Assembly: GCF_006345805.1 (NCBI RefSeq)
Contig: NC_043006.1
Span: 8,804,001 to 8,868,000, forward strand
Length of the DNA: 64,000 nucleotides
DNA from: Octopus sinensis
Taxonomy: Eukaryota
Reading direction: 5' to 3'
Below the pieces are notes generated by a model. It was not told where the DNA came from and searched no databases. It saw only the letters and a program-made list of their open reading frames with translations. The position numbers and the translations under genes are program-made. The number at the start of each line of letters is the position of its first letter. The stretch's first letter is position 1. Positions 12,788 through 25,650 of this stretch are shown piece after piece.

Positions 12788-13016
12788 GGGTAAGCTGGCA
12801 GAATCGTTAACACGCCGGGCGAAATTCTTAGCGGTAGTTCATCTACCGTTATGTTTCGAGTTCAAATTCCACCGAGGTCGACTTTACCTTTCATCCTTTC
12901 CGAGTCGATTAAATAAGTACCAGTTACGTACTGGGCTCTATGTAATCGACTTAATCACTTTGTACTTGTTCCTCTCCTCTATGTTTAGCCCCCACCCCGT
13001 GAGCAATATAGAAATA
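12788..13016 (+). mobile_element. tRNA-derived SINE, family B
   Basis: AGCTGGCAGAATCGTTA A-box, GAGTTCAAATTCC B-box, core CCGAGGTCGACTTT.CCTTTCATCCTTTC. Confidence 0.85.
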
Positions 13017-14660
13017 TACATAACGCTTTTTTATCAAGTCACATTTTCAGAAAACTTTATAAGTAATTGCTCTGAGTTGGTTTCTAATTAATTAGTAATG
13101 CGTTAAAAGTTTCATAACGAAGTTGTTAGAAATGAAGATGAAAAAGTTAGTAAGAATAATTAAAATCTTAATGAACCAAAAATAAAACATTTTTTTTTTA
13201 TATTTTGCCTTTCCGTTTGTTTAATAAATTTGTAATATTTGAAGACATACGAGAAAAAATTATGAAACTGTTCTGAGAAATTGGATGTTTTAGGCAAGCC
13301 ATTATAGTAAGTGTGAGTGTGTGTGTGAGTATCTATGTATGTGTGGGCGCGCGATCGTACTGTGTGTAATAACTGCCTCGTAAATAAATCAGTTTTTATC
13401 TGGTGAAACATGCAGTCTATGTAAGAGAAGCGAGAGATTCAATATTGTTGACAGATGGTATGATTTGGGCGAAATACATAATTTTCTCTCCATAGGAGAG
13501 GTTATACAAACAATTGTGTGACGAACAGAAAGATTTAGTATCAATCGATTGATTTCCTGATTTCTTCCCGCGTGTCGCAGCTGCAAAGTAGAGAATATTT
13601 CTGAAACATACCAAATATAATGCTGCGTGTGATGTGAATAAAACAAGCGTCGATTGCATAATTATTAGATACAAAAGTAAAAAATTTAAGAAATGTAAGT
13701 TTAGTTCAACGCTAGAGTAACTATACACAGTAAATCCACGTATATTTGCATCAACAACAGCTTGCATGCTCAATAAAATAAAACATATAAGAGTCGCAAA
13801 TATTCGCGGAAGAATACTTGCATTTCCGCATTAATTCACTTCTTATTGGGGACTATAAACGTTTCTTCACGGGAAATTGCGTAGTATAACTAAGAATTCG
13901 TTTTAAACGCTAATGAAGTGCATCCTGAGTGAAAATAAATAAATTAAGCACACTCGCACTCATAATTGATTTGCATGGGTCAACTTGACATTAATCGTTT
14001 GTAAAACTCGACAATTTCTAAACAGGATTTTTCAATTTTTATGAAAAAAGACAAAAATTCAAATTGTTGACAATGACATAGAATTAAAAAAATTCACAGC
14101 ATGTGGTAGTGGATCGGTAAATGCTTATTTCATTCTGGTTACTAATTAGTTAACGATATGCATTCAATATTTTTCAACAACCAGGCCGTGCACGATTAAT
14201 TATTACTAACTGTACACTCTATATAATTACCGAACACTTAATTAGCTTGCAGTGAGATGTTTTATTCAGCACGGCTTGTAGAAAACAACACAATTATCTT
14301 CACTGGTCATCTTGGGAGTGTGTTCCCACCGAAAGTGATTTCTTTATAACTATGAATTATGCATCAACTCTCTTTGAAAACCTTCATCGATGTGTTTCAT
14401 ATCATATATATCTATATGATAACTCTCCTGTATATGTTTATATCATTAAAAACGTGAAAATATCCTGCTAGATACTGGTGAATACTATGATGTAAGAAAA
14501 TATTCGGGCAGTTAAATGCTGAGATGTATCTGAGTATACGCCAACAATCTTTCAGTGATTGCGAGATCGGGTCCAGCGTTTGCGCTTCTGGTTTGAGTAT
14601 CAGGATATACCCCAATTACCGTTGGAGACGACGATATATTTCACCCTTCTGGAAAAAGTA

Positions 14661-15366
14661 ATATTGATTTAAATTTTGGTACAAGGTCAGAAATTTTGAG
14701 TGAGAGCGCAAGTCGATTACATCAACCTCAGTGCTCAGCTGGTACTTATTATATCAAGCTTTAAAGAATGAGAGGTAAAGACGACACCGCCAGAAATTGA
14801 ATTCATGTTGTAAAAGAAGACGAAGAACTGCTAAGCTTTTACCCAGCGTGCTAAGAATTCTGCCAGCTCATCTCCTTATAAAATAGAGTAATATCAAAAG
14901 TTTGAGAATTGTGAAGACTTTGCTAATAAGTATAAATGTTAATATACATGTTACGTTATCTATTTCTTTACTACCCAAAAGGGGCTAAATACAGAGAGGA
15001 CAGACAAACGGATTAAGTCGATTATATCGATCTCCGTGCGTAACTGGTACTTATTTAATCGACCCCCAAAAGGATGAAAGGCAAAGTCGACCTCGGTAGA
15101 ATTTGAACTCAGAACGTAACGGCAGACGAAATTCCTATTTCTTTCTTACCCACAAGAGGCTAAGCACAGAGGAGACAAACAAGGACAGACATAGGTATTT
15201 AGTCGATTACATTGACCCGAGTGCGTAACTGGTCCTTAATTTATCGACCCCGAAAGGATGAAAGGCAAAGTCGACCTCGGCGGAATTTGAACTCACAACT
15301 TAACGACAGACGAAATACCGCTCAGCATTTCGCCCGGCGTGCTAACATTTCTGCCAGCTCGCCACC
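14661..15366 (-). mobile_element. SINE family B cluster (old variant 14661-14876; head-to-tail dimer 14961-15366)
   Basis: Reverse-complement matches to the family B core, three times. Confidence 0.8.
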
Positions 15367-16864
15367 TGTTATGATACCTTTAATAAATACTTCTATTTAA
15401 CTGTTGCGTCGACAAATTTGAATTAATTGTTGCTACAGTGGACTGAATTGATATGAAACAAACATATTTCTGTTAAGCTGATAGACATCAGTAGTTATGA
15501 GCTCAGACCGATATCAGAATAATTATCATGTTTGCGTGTAACTTTGAAATATCCGATTTCCCAACATTTGATCAGAGTTAATTCGCTAATAATTTGACAT
15601 TTCTCTGACACAAGAAGTATTAGGGTCTTTCATCTAATTCATCTAAGCAACGAAATATTCCCTTCGCATTTGCACAATCGGGTGTATTAATGTGATAACG
15701 TGTCTTCAGTGTAGGGTCTTAAGAGTAATCCGCAACAGTAGCAAATTGCAGTAAGGTTACCCCTTTAAATGGGCTAGGGATATATGCTCACAGAGATCTT
15801 ATAATACATTTTTCATTTTTCTCAGAGACATTTACCGATGGTGTATGACTAGATATACTTGGTTATAACAATCAACAAAAGTCTAGCAATCTAGAAATGA
15901 GTGGAAGAACAGTAAGATGAATTCTGTAATTCAAGCATGCGTGCACATGAAAATATATTTGATCAAAAAGTGAAATCGTGTATGTATATGTGTGAAAATA
16001 TTTGTTCTCATACATCCTCGAATGAAAGAGTAAAAAGTGTGTACGGGTGTGTCCATATGCTGATGGCTTTGAATTTTTTTAATAAATGTGTCATTATGAT
16101 AGATGAACGGAAGGGACTGTGCTCATATACGTGCGTATATATACACCTTGCAAATGTGTGTGTATCTGTAAGAGTGCAAATACATAAAGTAGTCGAGTGA
16201 AAGTGTGTATAAGAAAAGAGTATAGAAATGATACATAGTAAAGCCCGCGATAAATGGTGATGGACGCAGGAACAGAGAGAATCGCAATAATAAACGTATA
16301 CATATTGCTGGATTTGTGCATATATTACAGAATATTATAACTTAGCGCGACAATGTATTTCGAAAGTGTTATTGCAACAGATTAAACGCACTTCGATCTC
16401 TATTTCTGTTCGATTACCTCTTGTATTGAAAACCGGCCCACAAAGTAAATCTAAAATGTCCTGAATATCAAAGTTAAACTGTTGATTTTAAACGTTTAGG
16501 TGTATAAGTGGATTTCTATGAACCTTTATTAAACTGAGAAGTTAGTCTCGTTAATGTCCCCGATTTTCTCAAACATTATCCTCATCTAAGAAGTAACTTT
16601 AGCTTTTGGAACATATTTGACATTTAGAATTAAATTCTAGTGTTTCTCTTTTTTTTAAAGATCGGTCTGGATGAGAAGGACATCTCATTTTGGTATTTCG
16701 ACCAATAAGATGAAGTAGACATATGATTCAATGGATGACACCTAAGGTTCCATGTCCCTTGGAAGTTAATTTAACATATTGTTGTCAACATTTACGTGCA
16801 ATATACGGAAAATATTCATATTTTATACTCGATAATATTTAATTATAAAAATACAGTAAGATCT

Positions 16865-16895
<31 letters not shown>

Positions 16896-17333
16896 AAAAA
16901 ATGAAGTTCGAAAATGTTGCTGTATTATACAATTTTTAATTTTTATATATACATTATAACATGTTTCAGTTCCTGAAATGAACCTTATTAAAAAAAGTTA
17001 TATATAAAAAGAGACAGCTCATGCCGTCAAACACAAGAAATTCATTTATAATACACAACGGAGTCAGACATCTTAGAGTTCATGTATAGTTGATATATAG
17101 TTCATGTATAGTTGATATATAGTTTGAAGTATATGTTCAAAGTGTTCGATGCAGTGGCCCACGGTGGCGATACGTATTCAATACAAAAAACAGATCAAAG
17201 TGGTGGAAAGCGGTCAATACAGAAGATTGATGTTTCCGAAAGAGCGAGGAATTCATTTTTACCTTAAGCAATTGTGATGACCTATGGTGGAAGTTCGCTG
17301 GGTGGTTCTAGTGGGTTTTTGTGAAATGCTCGG

Positions 17334-17708
17334 TTTTATAATGCCTGTTAGGTGGTCAATCTAGCGTAGCGTGACGTCATCAATGTTTTGACCAATCGTT
17401 TCGTTAGGTGGCTTTAATCAAGTGGAACGGGACGTCATCATTATTTTGACCAATCGTTGCATTATAACTCCCTCTTGTTTGTTTCCTGTCTTGACCAGTC
17501 GCTTCGTTAGTCAAGCATAGCGGGACGTCATCCAGATTCTGCCCAATCACGACTTATAGCTACATTAGATCTGCCCCCTGTCTGTACTTGTTAGGTGACT
17601 ATTCAAGCAGAAAAGGACGTCATCAATATTCTGACTAATGACTGTCCCCTGTTTGTATCCTGTCCATTCTAGCAGAGCTAGACGTCATCAACTTGTTGAC
17701 CAATCAGA
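17334..17708 (-). promoter_or_regulatory. Putative Pol II promoter: five CRE(ATF)/CCAAT modules + TATA box
   Basis: GACGTCA at 17373, 17431, 17524, 17616 and 17681, each followed 19 nt later by CCAAT (one CTAAT). TATAAAA on the minus strand at 17340-17334. Confidence 0.6.
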
Positions 17709-17872
17709 ATCGGGTCTGACCCGTAGCTGTATCGTATGTATCAGGGTCAGATTTGCACGAAAGAATTTGTTTCCTTTTTTACTAAGGCATATTTCCGTCA
17801 GAGTGAGTGTCTGTTTGAAGTAGCGGCCGTGGTGAAATTTGGTTCTCCTTTTCGGAGGACTTATCTTTTGTT

Positions 17873-20168
17873 TTAGTATTCCTGGCCCAGGGTGTTTAAA
17901 CTTGGTCTAAATTTTTTTATGAAATATAGTTCTTTATTTTGGCGTTGTGTGAAGGTTGCGTTGTCACTGAATTTATAGAGCGGGTTAGTTGTAAATTTCG
18001 GATTTACATTTCCAGCACATCTATCTATGTGTCCGCTGACCGGTATTTTGCGGTAATCAGGGTTTCTAATTTGTGATTTATGCACCGCCATCCTGTTACG
18101 TAAGCTATTTTTTGTATGGCCTATATACTGCCTATTGCAGCCTGCGCATGTTATGACGTAAACTAAGTTTTCTGATGCGCAGGTGAAGTTTGTTCTAATG
18201 GTGAACTGGTGGCCTTGTTCCAGTATAAATTCTGATCCTTCTTTCAAGATGACACAGATTCCGCTGTTGGGCCTTCCACATTTTCTAACTGCTGGTTTTG
18301 TGGTTGATGTTGAGTGCAGTGTAGCTTGGGTTAAAATCCTTTTCAAGGATTTTGGTTGGCGTTTACTTTTAATGATGGTGTGTGTTTCGAGGATCCGGTT
18401 CATCTTTGGGTCTCCCTTTAGTAGGGCTGTGCTTTGTAGTATGGTGTTGAAAGCCTCATTGTTGAGTGGTTGTGTGTAGAGATGTAGGGAAGGTTTTTAA
18501 TTGTTTTTCTTTTTTGGTTTTGTTTGTCTCAGGTCTTCTATACTTAATTTAAGTACCCGTTGGATTGCACTGTCTATTAGGGGCTGTGGATAGTTTCTAT
18601 CTGTGAGTGTGGTTCTAAGTTCCTGGAGACGTGTGTGTCGGGTGTTTGTGTCTGATATTATGGTGCAAATCCTTCTAGCTAAACAAAAAGGGACATTCAT
18701 TCTAGTGTGTCGTGGGTGGCATGAATCAAAGGGTAGGTACTGTTTAGAGTCTGTCGGTTTATAGTAGATATCTGTCTCTATTTTGTTGCCGGTTTTCTTA
18801 ATGAGGATATCTAAAAATGGTAATTCTTTTTCGTTGTGGTCCATCGTGAATTGTATATTGTCATTTATTCCATTTAATAGAATTTTAAATTCCTCAAGTT
18901 TCTCTATGCCTTTGTCCCAGATGATGAAACAGTCATCGAGGTATCTTTTCCAGTTGTTATGGATATAGGTGGCGAAGGTGTTTCCATATTTCTCGAGTGT
19001 CATCCGGTATAGTATTTTCTCGAGGTATCCCATCACTAGGTTGGCAAAAGATGGTGCAGTACGCGTGCCCATCGCTGTTCCGATCTTTGCCTGTAGAAAT
19101 CATTGTCAAAAATAAAATAATTGTTCTCTAAAATGAATCTAAGTCCTTCTATTATAAGGTCTTTGTTTATGCGAGTTGGGAGTTCAAAGGGGTAGTTATT
19201 CAGCCAGAAGGTGATTGCTTCTATTCCTAGGTTGTGAGGGATGTTAGAATAAAGATTAACTACGTCGAATGATACTAGAAGGGTTTTCTCATTGACTGTT
19301 TTAGGGAGGTGGTTGAGCATATCTATATCGTCTCTTACGTAGCTTTTGATGTGTTTTAGGAAAGGTTTAAGAAGTGTGTCTAAGAAATTGCTGAGGCGGT
19401 GAGTTTCACATGCTGGCCCTGCTATTATCGGTCTTAGTTTAAGATCATTTGGTGAAGGTATTTTGATGAGTGTGTCGGTGGATGTTTTGCACGTTTCTCT
19501 AATGGTTTGGCTTTTGTGTACCTTAGGAATACCATAGAACAAACTCGATTTGCATTTGAAGTTAGTGATGTATTCATACTCCTTGTTCGTGAGTCCTTCT
19601 TGGTATGTGTTGATTAATGTCCTAAGGTTATGCATTATTTTTTTTGCTGGTTATACTGCTGGGCCCTTTCATAATACGTTTCATCTCTTAATAGGGATAG
19701 CACTAAATTTTTATAATTGTTTGTATTCATTATTACTATCGCGTTGCCCTTATCTGCCTCCTTAATTGTTATTGTTTTGTCTTCTCTTAGTTTGATGAGG
19801 TCGTTCCATTCTCTTTTGTTGAAGTTAGGGCTGTGTTTTTGTTTCTTGATGAATTGAAACGGGAAATTAGTTATGTAGTCACAATAGCGGTCTAAGGCTT
19901 TATTCTTACCGTTGGGTGGGGTGTAATTGCTCTTGTTTCTAGCTATTGAGTCCTCCTCTATTTGTTTGTCTTGAAATGCCTCGGTGAGTCTTAGTTTTCT
20001 GCAAAATTCCGAAATATCATCTTTCATTTCATAATAATTAGAACGTTGTGGGGTGGGTGTAAATTTAAGTCCTTTGGAGAGTATGCTTATTTCGTTAGGT
20101 GTAAGTTCTTTGTTTGAGAGATTGATTATCTTAATTACCTGAGGTTTCTTTTGTTTGTCCTTTGCCAT
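17873..20168 (-). pseudogene. Neptune RT + Cys-linker + GIY-YIG endonuclease, frameshifted
   Basis: KIINLSNKEL..KGLKFTP, FYGIPKVHK, LRPIIAG, SFDVVNLYSNI, MGTRTAPSFANL, RYLDD, LPFLDI, KPTDSKQYL, KCGRP..IC, NLVYVITC..C..QYIGHT..R..VH. Confidence 0.9.
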
Positions 20169-21537
20169 CGTGTGTCCCTGTTCCTGTGTGTGGGGTCTAA
20201 AAAATGGTTGGTGTAGTTATGTTCAAAGCTATTATTTATCTGTCTCATGTTGTTATAATTGTCAGAGTGAGTTTGTGGTGCTCTGTTCTGGAGTTTGTTG
20301 TTGAACCTAGTGTTACGTCTTAGTTCCTCAGGTGTATTGTGTTGGTAGTTGTTTCCTCCGTAGTGCATTTGTTGTTTGTTTTATGGTTGTATGGTTGGTT
20401 CCTGGGGTGGATGTTTGGTAGTAGCGTTTTGGTTTGGTTATGTGGGTTGTATTTTATAGTATTGTATGTTGTGGCTCTTAGGTTCGTGGAATGGTGTGGT
20501 GGGACCCTATAAGTGTTTTGGGGTTGGTGTAGGTAGTGTGGGGTGCGTTTTAAATGCATTTTTCTGGTGTAGAGTGTGTTTGGATTTCTTGGTGGTTGTT
20601 CTGCTCTGTTGGTATGTCTATTTTCGAACTGGTGTGGTGGGCCTCTGTAGGTGTTTTGGGGTGGTGTAGGTAGTGTGGGGTGTGTTTTAGGTGTACTTTT
20701 CTGGTGTAGAGTGTGGTAGGATTTCTTGGAGGTTGTTCCGTTCTATTGGTATTTGGTTTTGATTTGCTTAATTTTATGAAGGGGTTGTTGGATATGTGTT
20801 CATTTTTGAAGTTGGTTTCATAATCTAGAAACCAGATGGCGCTCTTTTCCCATCGTTGGAGGGACTTAAGTTCCACTTTTTCACATTCTTCATTCCATAG
20901 TGCTGTTAATGTTTCAGTATTGTTGTCGTCTATTAGTTTGATGACTTCTTCGTTGATTTCCTCGTCTATGGTTTTTACTTTTTCTTCATTCGTTTTACCT
21001 CTCAGCTTAAGTAGTTCTATTTCCATCTTCATTTTTTCTAATGACATTTTTTCTCTAAGTTTTCTTTGTTCTTCTGGTTCTTCCGAGATGGTTTTGATTT
21101 GTAATTTACGGGGTATGACTAGGGGTGTTGAGTCTAGCCATTTTTGGTAAATCTCTGCTTTATTCTGATTTTCTATCATTTTCCAAAAAGCGAATTTTCT
21201 GTTTCGCTGTAGTGTTCTCCATTGGGGGAGGACTTGGTTCTTTATTTGTAATGTTGAAGTGTTGCTCGGTTCTTCTCATGTGTTCCTTCTTTTTGTTGCT
21301 CTTGTTTCGTAAAGTTTGTGAAGAATGTCGTCATTGTATCGCATAGATTTTCAACTTTCTCGAATATTTCGGAGGGTGTTTTATTCGATTCGGTTTCCTC
21401 GTTAGTTTGTGTAGAAGGTCGAGGTGTTAAGTTGAGTTTGTTTAACACTGCTGTTAGGTTTGAATTTATGCTTTCAATTCTTTCAGTATCTCTTCATTTA
21501 TTGAGGAGATGTCGTTGGTGTCTTTTTTAGCAGGCAT
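20135..21537 (-). pseudogene. Upstream ORF1-like coiled-coil region of the Neptune element, frameshifted
   Basis: ATG at 21537 just inside the 5' pLTR. Fragments 21448-21242 and 21179-20550 are K/E-rich and helical (AEIYQKWL..IPRK..EEQRKLREKMSLEKMKMEIELL). Followed by a T/H/P/N-rich tract. Confidence 0.55.
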
Positions 21538-21647
21538 TTTCGGGAGCTCGTACGTGATATGATATTTATAATAGGATTAGCTCGTATACGAGTAGGTATA
21601 TATTTGTAAAAAATGAAGTTCGAAAATGCTGCTGTATTATACAATTT

Positions 21648-21722
21648 TTAATTTTTATATATACATTATAACATGTTTCAGTTCCTGAAATGAACCTTAT
21701 CAAAAAAAAGTTATATATAAAA
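21648..21722 (-). ncRNA. Degenerate minimal HHR in Neptune pLTR (second copy 16938-17011)
   Basis: TTGATAA-GGTTC-atttcag-GAACT-GAAAC-AT-GTT, flanked by TTTTTATATATA/TATATATAAAAA. The core deviates from CUGAUGA. Confidence 0.4.
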
Positions 21723-21730
21723 AGAAACAG

Positions 21731-21914
<184 letters not shown>

Positions 21915-21915
<1 letters not shown>

Positions 21916-22075
21916 GTTAATCCAAATAAGAAAGCACAAAAAACACAACAACGCGAGGACGTGGAACAAACATACTATTATTTGACGCTGAGGAAAGACG
22001 GAAAGGAGGAGGGATTAACGTTTCGAGCGGAGCTCTTCGTCGGAAACATAGGAGAAGGAAAGATCCAGTGAAGGA
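21915..22075 (-). mobile_element. Short PLE pLTR remnant with minimal HHR
   Basis: Minus strand 22047-22013 reads GTTT-CCGACGA-A-GAG-ctccg-CTC-GAAAC-GTT-AATC. Homologous to 55205-55410. Confidence 0.65.
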
Positions 22076-22123
22076 TATATATGTATATATATATATGTGT
22101 ATATATATATGTGTATAGTATAT

Positions 22124-22159
<36 letters not shown>

Positions 22160-22664
22160 CCTAATGGCTATGGATTACCATTAGCGTTAAACAGGATTCA
22201 AAGTGTTCCGTAGGCAAAAAGAAAAGTGGTTGCGAACCACTGCATTACATTAAAAACGCCTTTTATATCTTCCAATTGTATGCTTCAGATAATGTTACTA
22301 GAGTATCTTCTAATATATTTTTTCCCATGTCTGGATGGGATTTTCGGGATTGCAGCAGTTACGTTAAGTTGTTCAAGTTACAAATGCAGGCATCTTCGCT
22401 GGGAGGGTTTAATACATTGAGGAGATAAAAACTGCACGCTGAACAAATCACAGGATTGTAAACGATAAAACAACCATTGAAACCTAAGAGATATTTTGCT
22501 TGAAATTTCAACTGCAATGAATGTATGAATAACTAAATATTAAGCTTCTAAATTTATTCAATTGTTTTGGGCACGAAAATATATACTTGAGTGTATAATT
22601 GTTTCTTAGGCTAAGATTTATTCATAGCCATTTAAATATTAAGATACTTTTCTTTAGTTCTTTG

Positions 22665-22999
22665 TTCAAATTCCGTTGAGGCCCACTTTAGCTTTCACCC
22701 TTTCGCGGCCGATAAAATAAAACTGTTGATTTTAAACTATAAAATAAGTACCAGTTGAACACTTGGGTCGATGTGATCGACTTACTTCCTCCGAAATTGC
22801 TGGCCTTGCACCAAACTTTGAAGCCAATATTAAAATACTTTTCTTTTACGTCCGGCGCTAAAATTCCGCTATGGCCGACTTTTCCTTTCTAACTTTCGGA
22901 TCGATAAAATAACTACCTGTTGAACACTTGGGTTGATGTGATCGATTTATCCCCTGCACCGAAATTATCAGCATGTTGCCAAAATTTCAAACGAATATT
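22665..22999 (+). mobile_element. Two tandem old SINE B-related units
   Basis: Repeated AAATTCCG..CCTTTC..CGATAAAATAA..CCAGTTGAACAC.TGGG.CGATGTGATCGA. Confidence 0.65.
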
Positions 23000-24189
23000 A
23001 AACTAATCTGGTAATAATTCTGTTGTTTATCTTTGACTTTAGTTTCCTTTTTCTCTCAAATTTCAGGAAAACATTTCGATTCAAGGCCAAAAACATTATA
23101 ATGATATAACCCCTCAGATATATGTGATATATTAGGTCCTATTTTCTCTTTAGATTTTAAAACGTTATGTTTATATTTCATATTTACTGTTTGTTATTAG
23201 AAATGATATGCAAAGCAATATCGTTTTTATGAGTGCTTCATACCTCCGAAACCGGTATGTGTTTAAAAAACAATCAACGGGTCTGTTTAGTAATTTCATA
23301 TTTTATCAATGGTTTTGAGTTATTTACACACAAGTATTCGCACATTAAGATTCATACTGGCAAATCCACTCGTAAACACGCTGATATAAAATACATTTTA
23401 TAAACACGCTTCTATAAATCAACATTTTGCTTATACACCGTGTAGCTTACTACAGGACGCCAAAGGCTAAGGGACATTAGATTTCCAGAACAAACGAGGC
23501 ATCTTCCGATGAGTTGAGTAACAATGATTGAAGTTGTGTATGGGTTGGTAGGTATCGATATACGTATACAAATATATACCGACATATTTCTACATTCATG
23601 TATATAGGGCTCATATATTTCCAATTATTCAGGCATTTTTAAATGAAATCAAATGATCAAGTTATAGTATAACATAAATATGAGGAACGAGTAAAGTAGA
23701 AAAAATATTTACTGATTCGATTTTTAAACTATTATATATAAATATCAATTTATTTGTCCATATTCTGTAGGGCTTATTTTGGCATAAATATGAGCATATT
23801 GTAGTTTGTTATTAGCTGGTTTTAAATTGTAAGATTGTAGTTCTTCGTTCAGTTTTGCCAGTGTCATTGTATAAGAGAAAGCAACATTTAATTGAGCGAT
23901 AAAGCTGGTAATAGAGCCTAAAATTAATGCATTCCAGTGTATGAAACGGGGTGTGTAGAATAAGAAATAATCATTACAAACGGCAGGGTAACGAGCAAAG
24001 TCGTCGAGCATAAGTTCAACTTAGACGTAGTCCACTTTGCTTTAGATATAATATGTAGTAAAATATAAACGATGTATATGTTCATGTTACAGATATTCGA
24101 CAGGTTTTTTTTTATATCAACAATATCGATTTACCCAAAGTTGCCGAGTTGAGTAGGTATCGTCCAACGGGATACACGGAGTCGCACGC

Positions 24190-24203
24190 ATACATATACA
24201 TAC

Positions 24204-24248
<45 letters not shown>

Positions 24249-24253
24249 TATAT

Positions 24254-24300
<47 letters not shown>

Positions 24301-24659
24301 TTAGAGACAAAACCACTATTATGCAAATCAAACAAAGTAAGACTTAATCCAATACATAAAAATTTTATATAAATTAAATATAATTAAGATATCCACTACG
24401 ATCGTTTCTTGTCACTTCTATGGACATTCATCAGGTGGTTTCAAGACTTGAATGTCCATAGAAGTGACAAGAAACGATCGTAGTGGATATCTTAATTATA
24501 TTTAATTTATATAAAATTTTTTTATGTATTGGATTAAGTCTTTCTTTGTTTGATTTGCATAATAGTGGTTTTGTCTCTAATTAATATTATATTATATTTT
24601 ACTATAAAATTGGATTCAATCCTAAATCTGATTTTTCCTGTAAATTTGGATTTATTCCC

Positions 24660-24715
<56 letters not shown>

Positions 24716-25124
24716 ATACACCCTTCCTACACGTACAAAACACTGAGACACATATATGTGTGTTTGTGGTGTGTGTGGATTGTTATGTGCGTGGGAGTGC
24801 GTGTGCAAGTGTGTGTATGTCTCTGTGAATGGTACTTCTCCACCTACGTGTTTCTCCGGTTCGTACGAAAGCGAAAATGGTAATATAGACATTAAGTTTA
24901 TTTAGGTGATTATAATAACTTTATTAATATAAAATTGGTTTTCCGAACGGAGAGTAATAAATGCACGCGAAGTTATTTTTGACAACCTGACGCAGACCCA
25001 GTCAGAAATATCTAGTACACCTACTTACGCACGTAATGAGACAGACAGACACATACATACATACATACTACATACATACATACATACATATACATACATA
25101 CATACATACATACTACATACATAC

Positions 25125-25218
<94 letters not shown>

Positions 25219-25586
25219 TTAGAGACAAAACCACTATTATGCAAATCAAACAAAGTAAGACTTAATCCAATACATAAAAATTTTATATAAATTAAATATA
25301 ATTAAGATATCCACTACGATCGTTTCTTGTCACTTCTATGGACATTCATCAGGTGGTTTCAAGACTTGAATGTCCATAGAAGTGACAAGAAACGATCGTA
25401 GTGGATATCATAATTATATTTAATTTATATAAAATTTTTTTATGTATTGGATTAAGTCTTTCTTTGTTTGATTTGCATAATAGTGGTTTTGTCTCTAATT
25501 AATATTATATTATATTTTACTATAAAATGGATTCAATCCTAAATCTGATTTTTCCCTGTAAATTTGGATTTATTCCCTAATATATA

Positions 25587-25650
<64 letters not shown>

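Larger units (their letters stand above)
16891..21730 (-). mobile_element. Neptune-like Penelope element, near full length
   Basis: pLTR direct repeat 16891-17017 vs 21603-21730. RT and GIY-YIG with Cys linker. (TA)n on both flanks. Confidence 0.92.

Noticed and set aside
17361-17708. Repeat-spacer pattern reminiscent of a CRISPR array
   Set aside because: Eukaryotic context inside a retroelement, degenerate repeats, irregular spacers and no cas genes; better explained as transcription-factor modules
23745-24023. 88-aa protein-like minus-strand ORF
   Set aside because: Weak acceptor, no recognisable motif, and length within chance expectation
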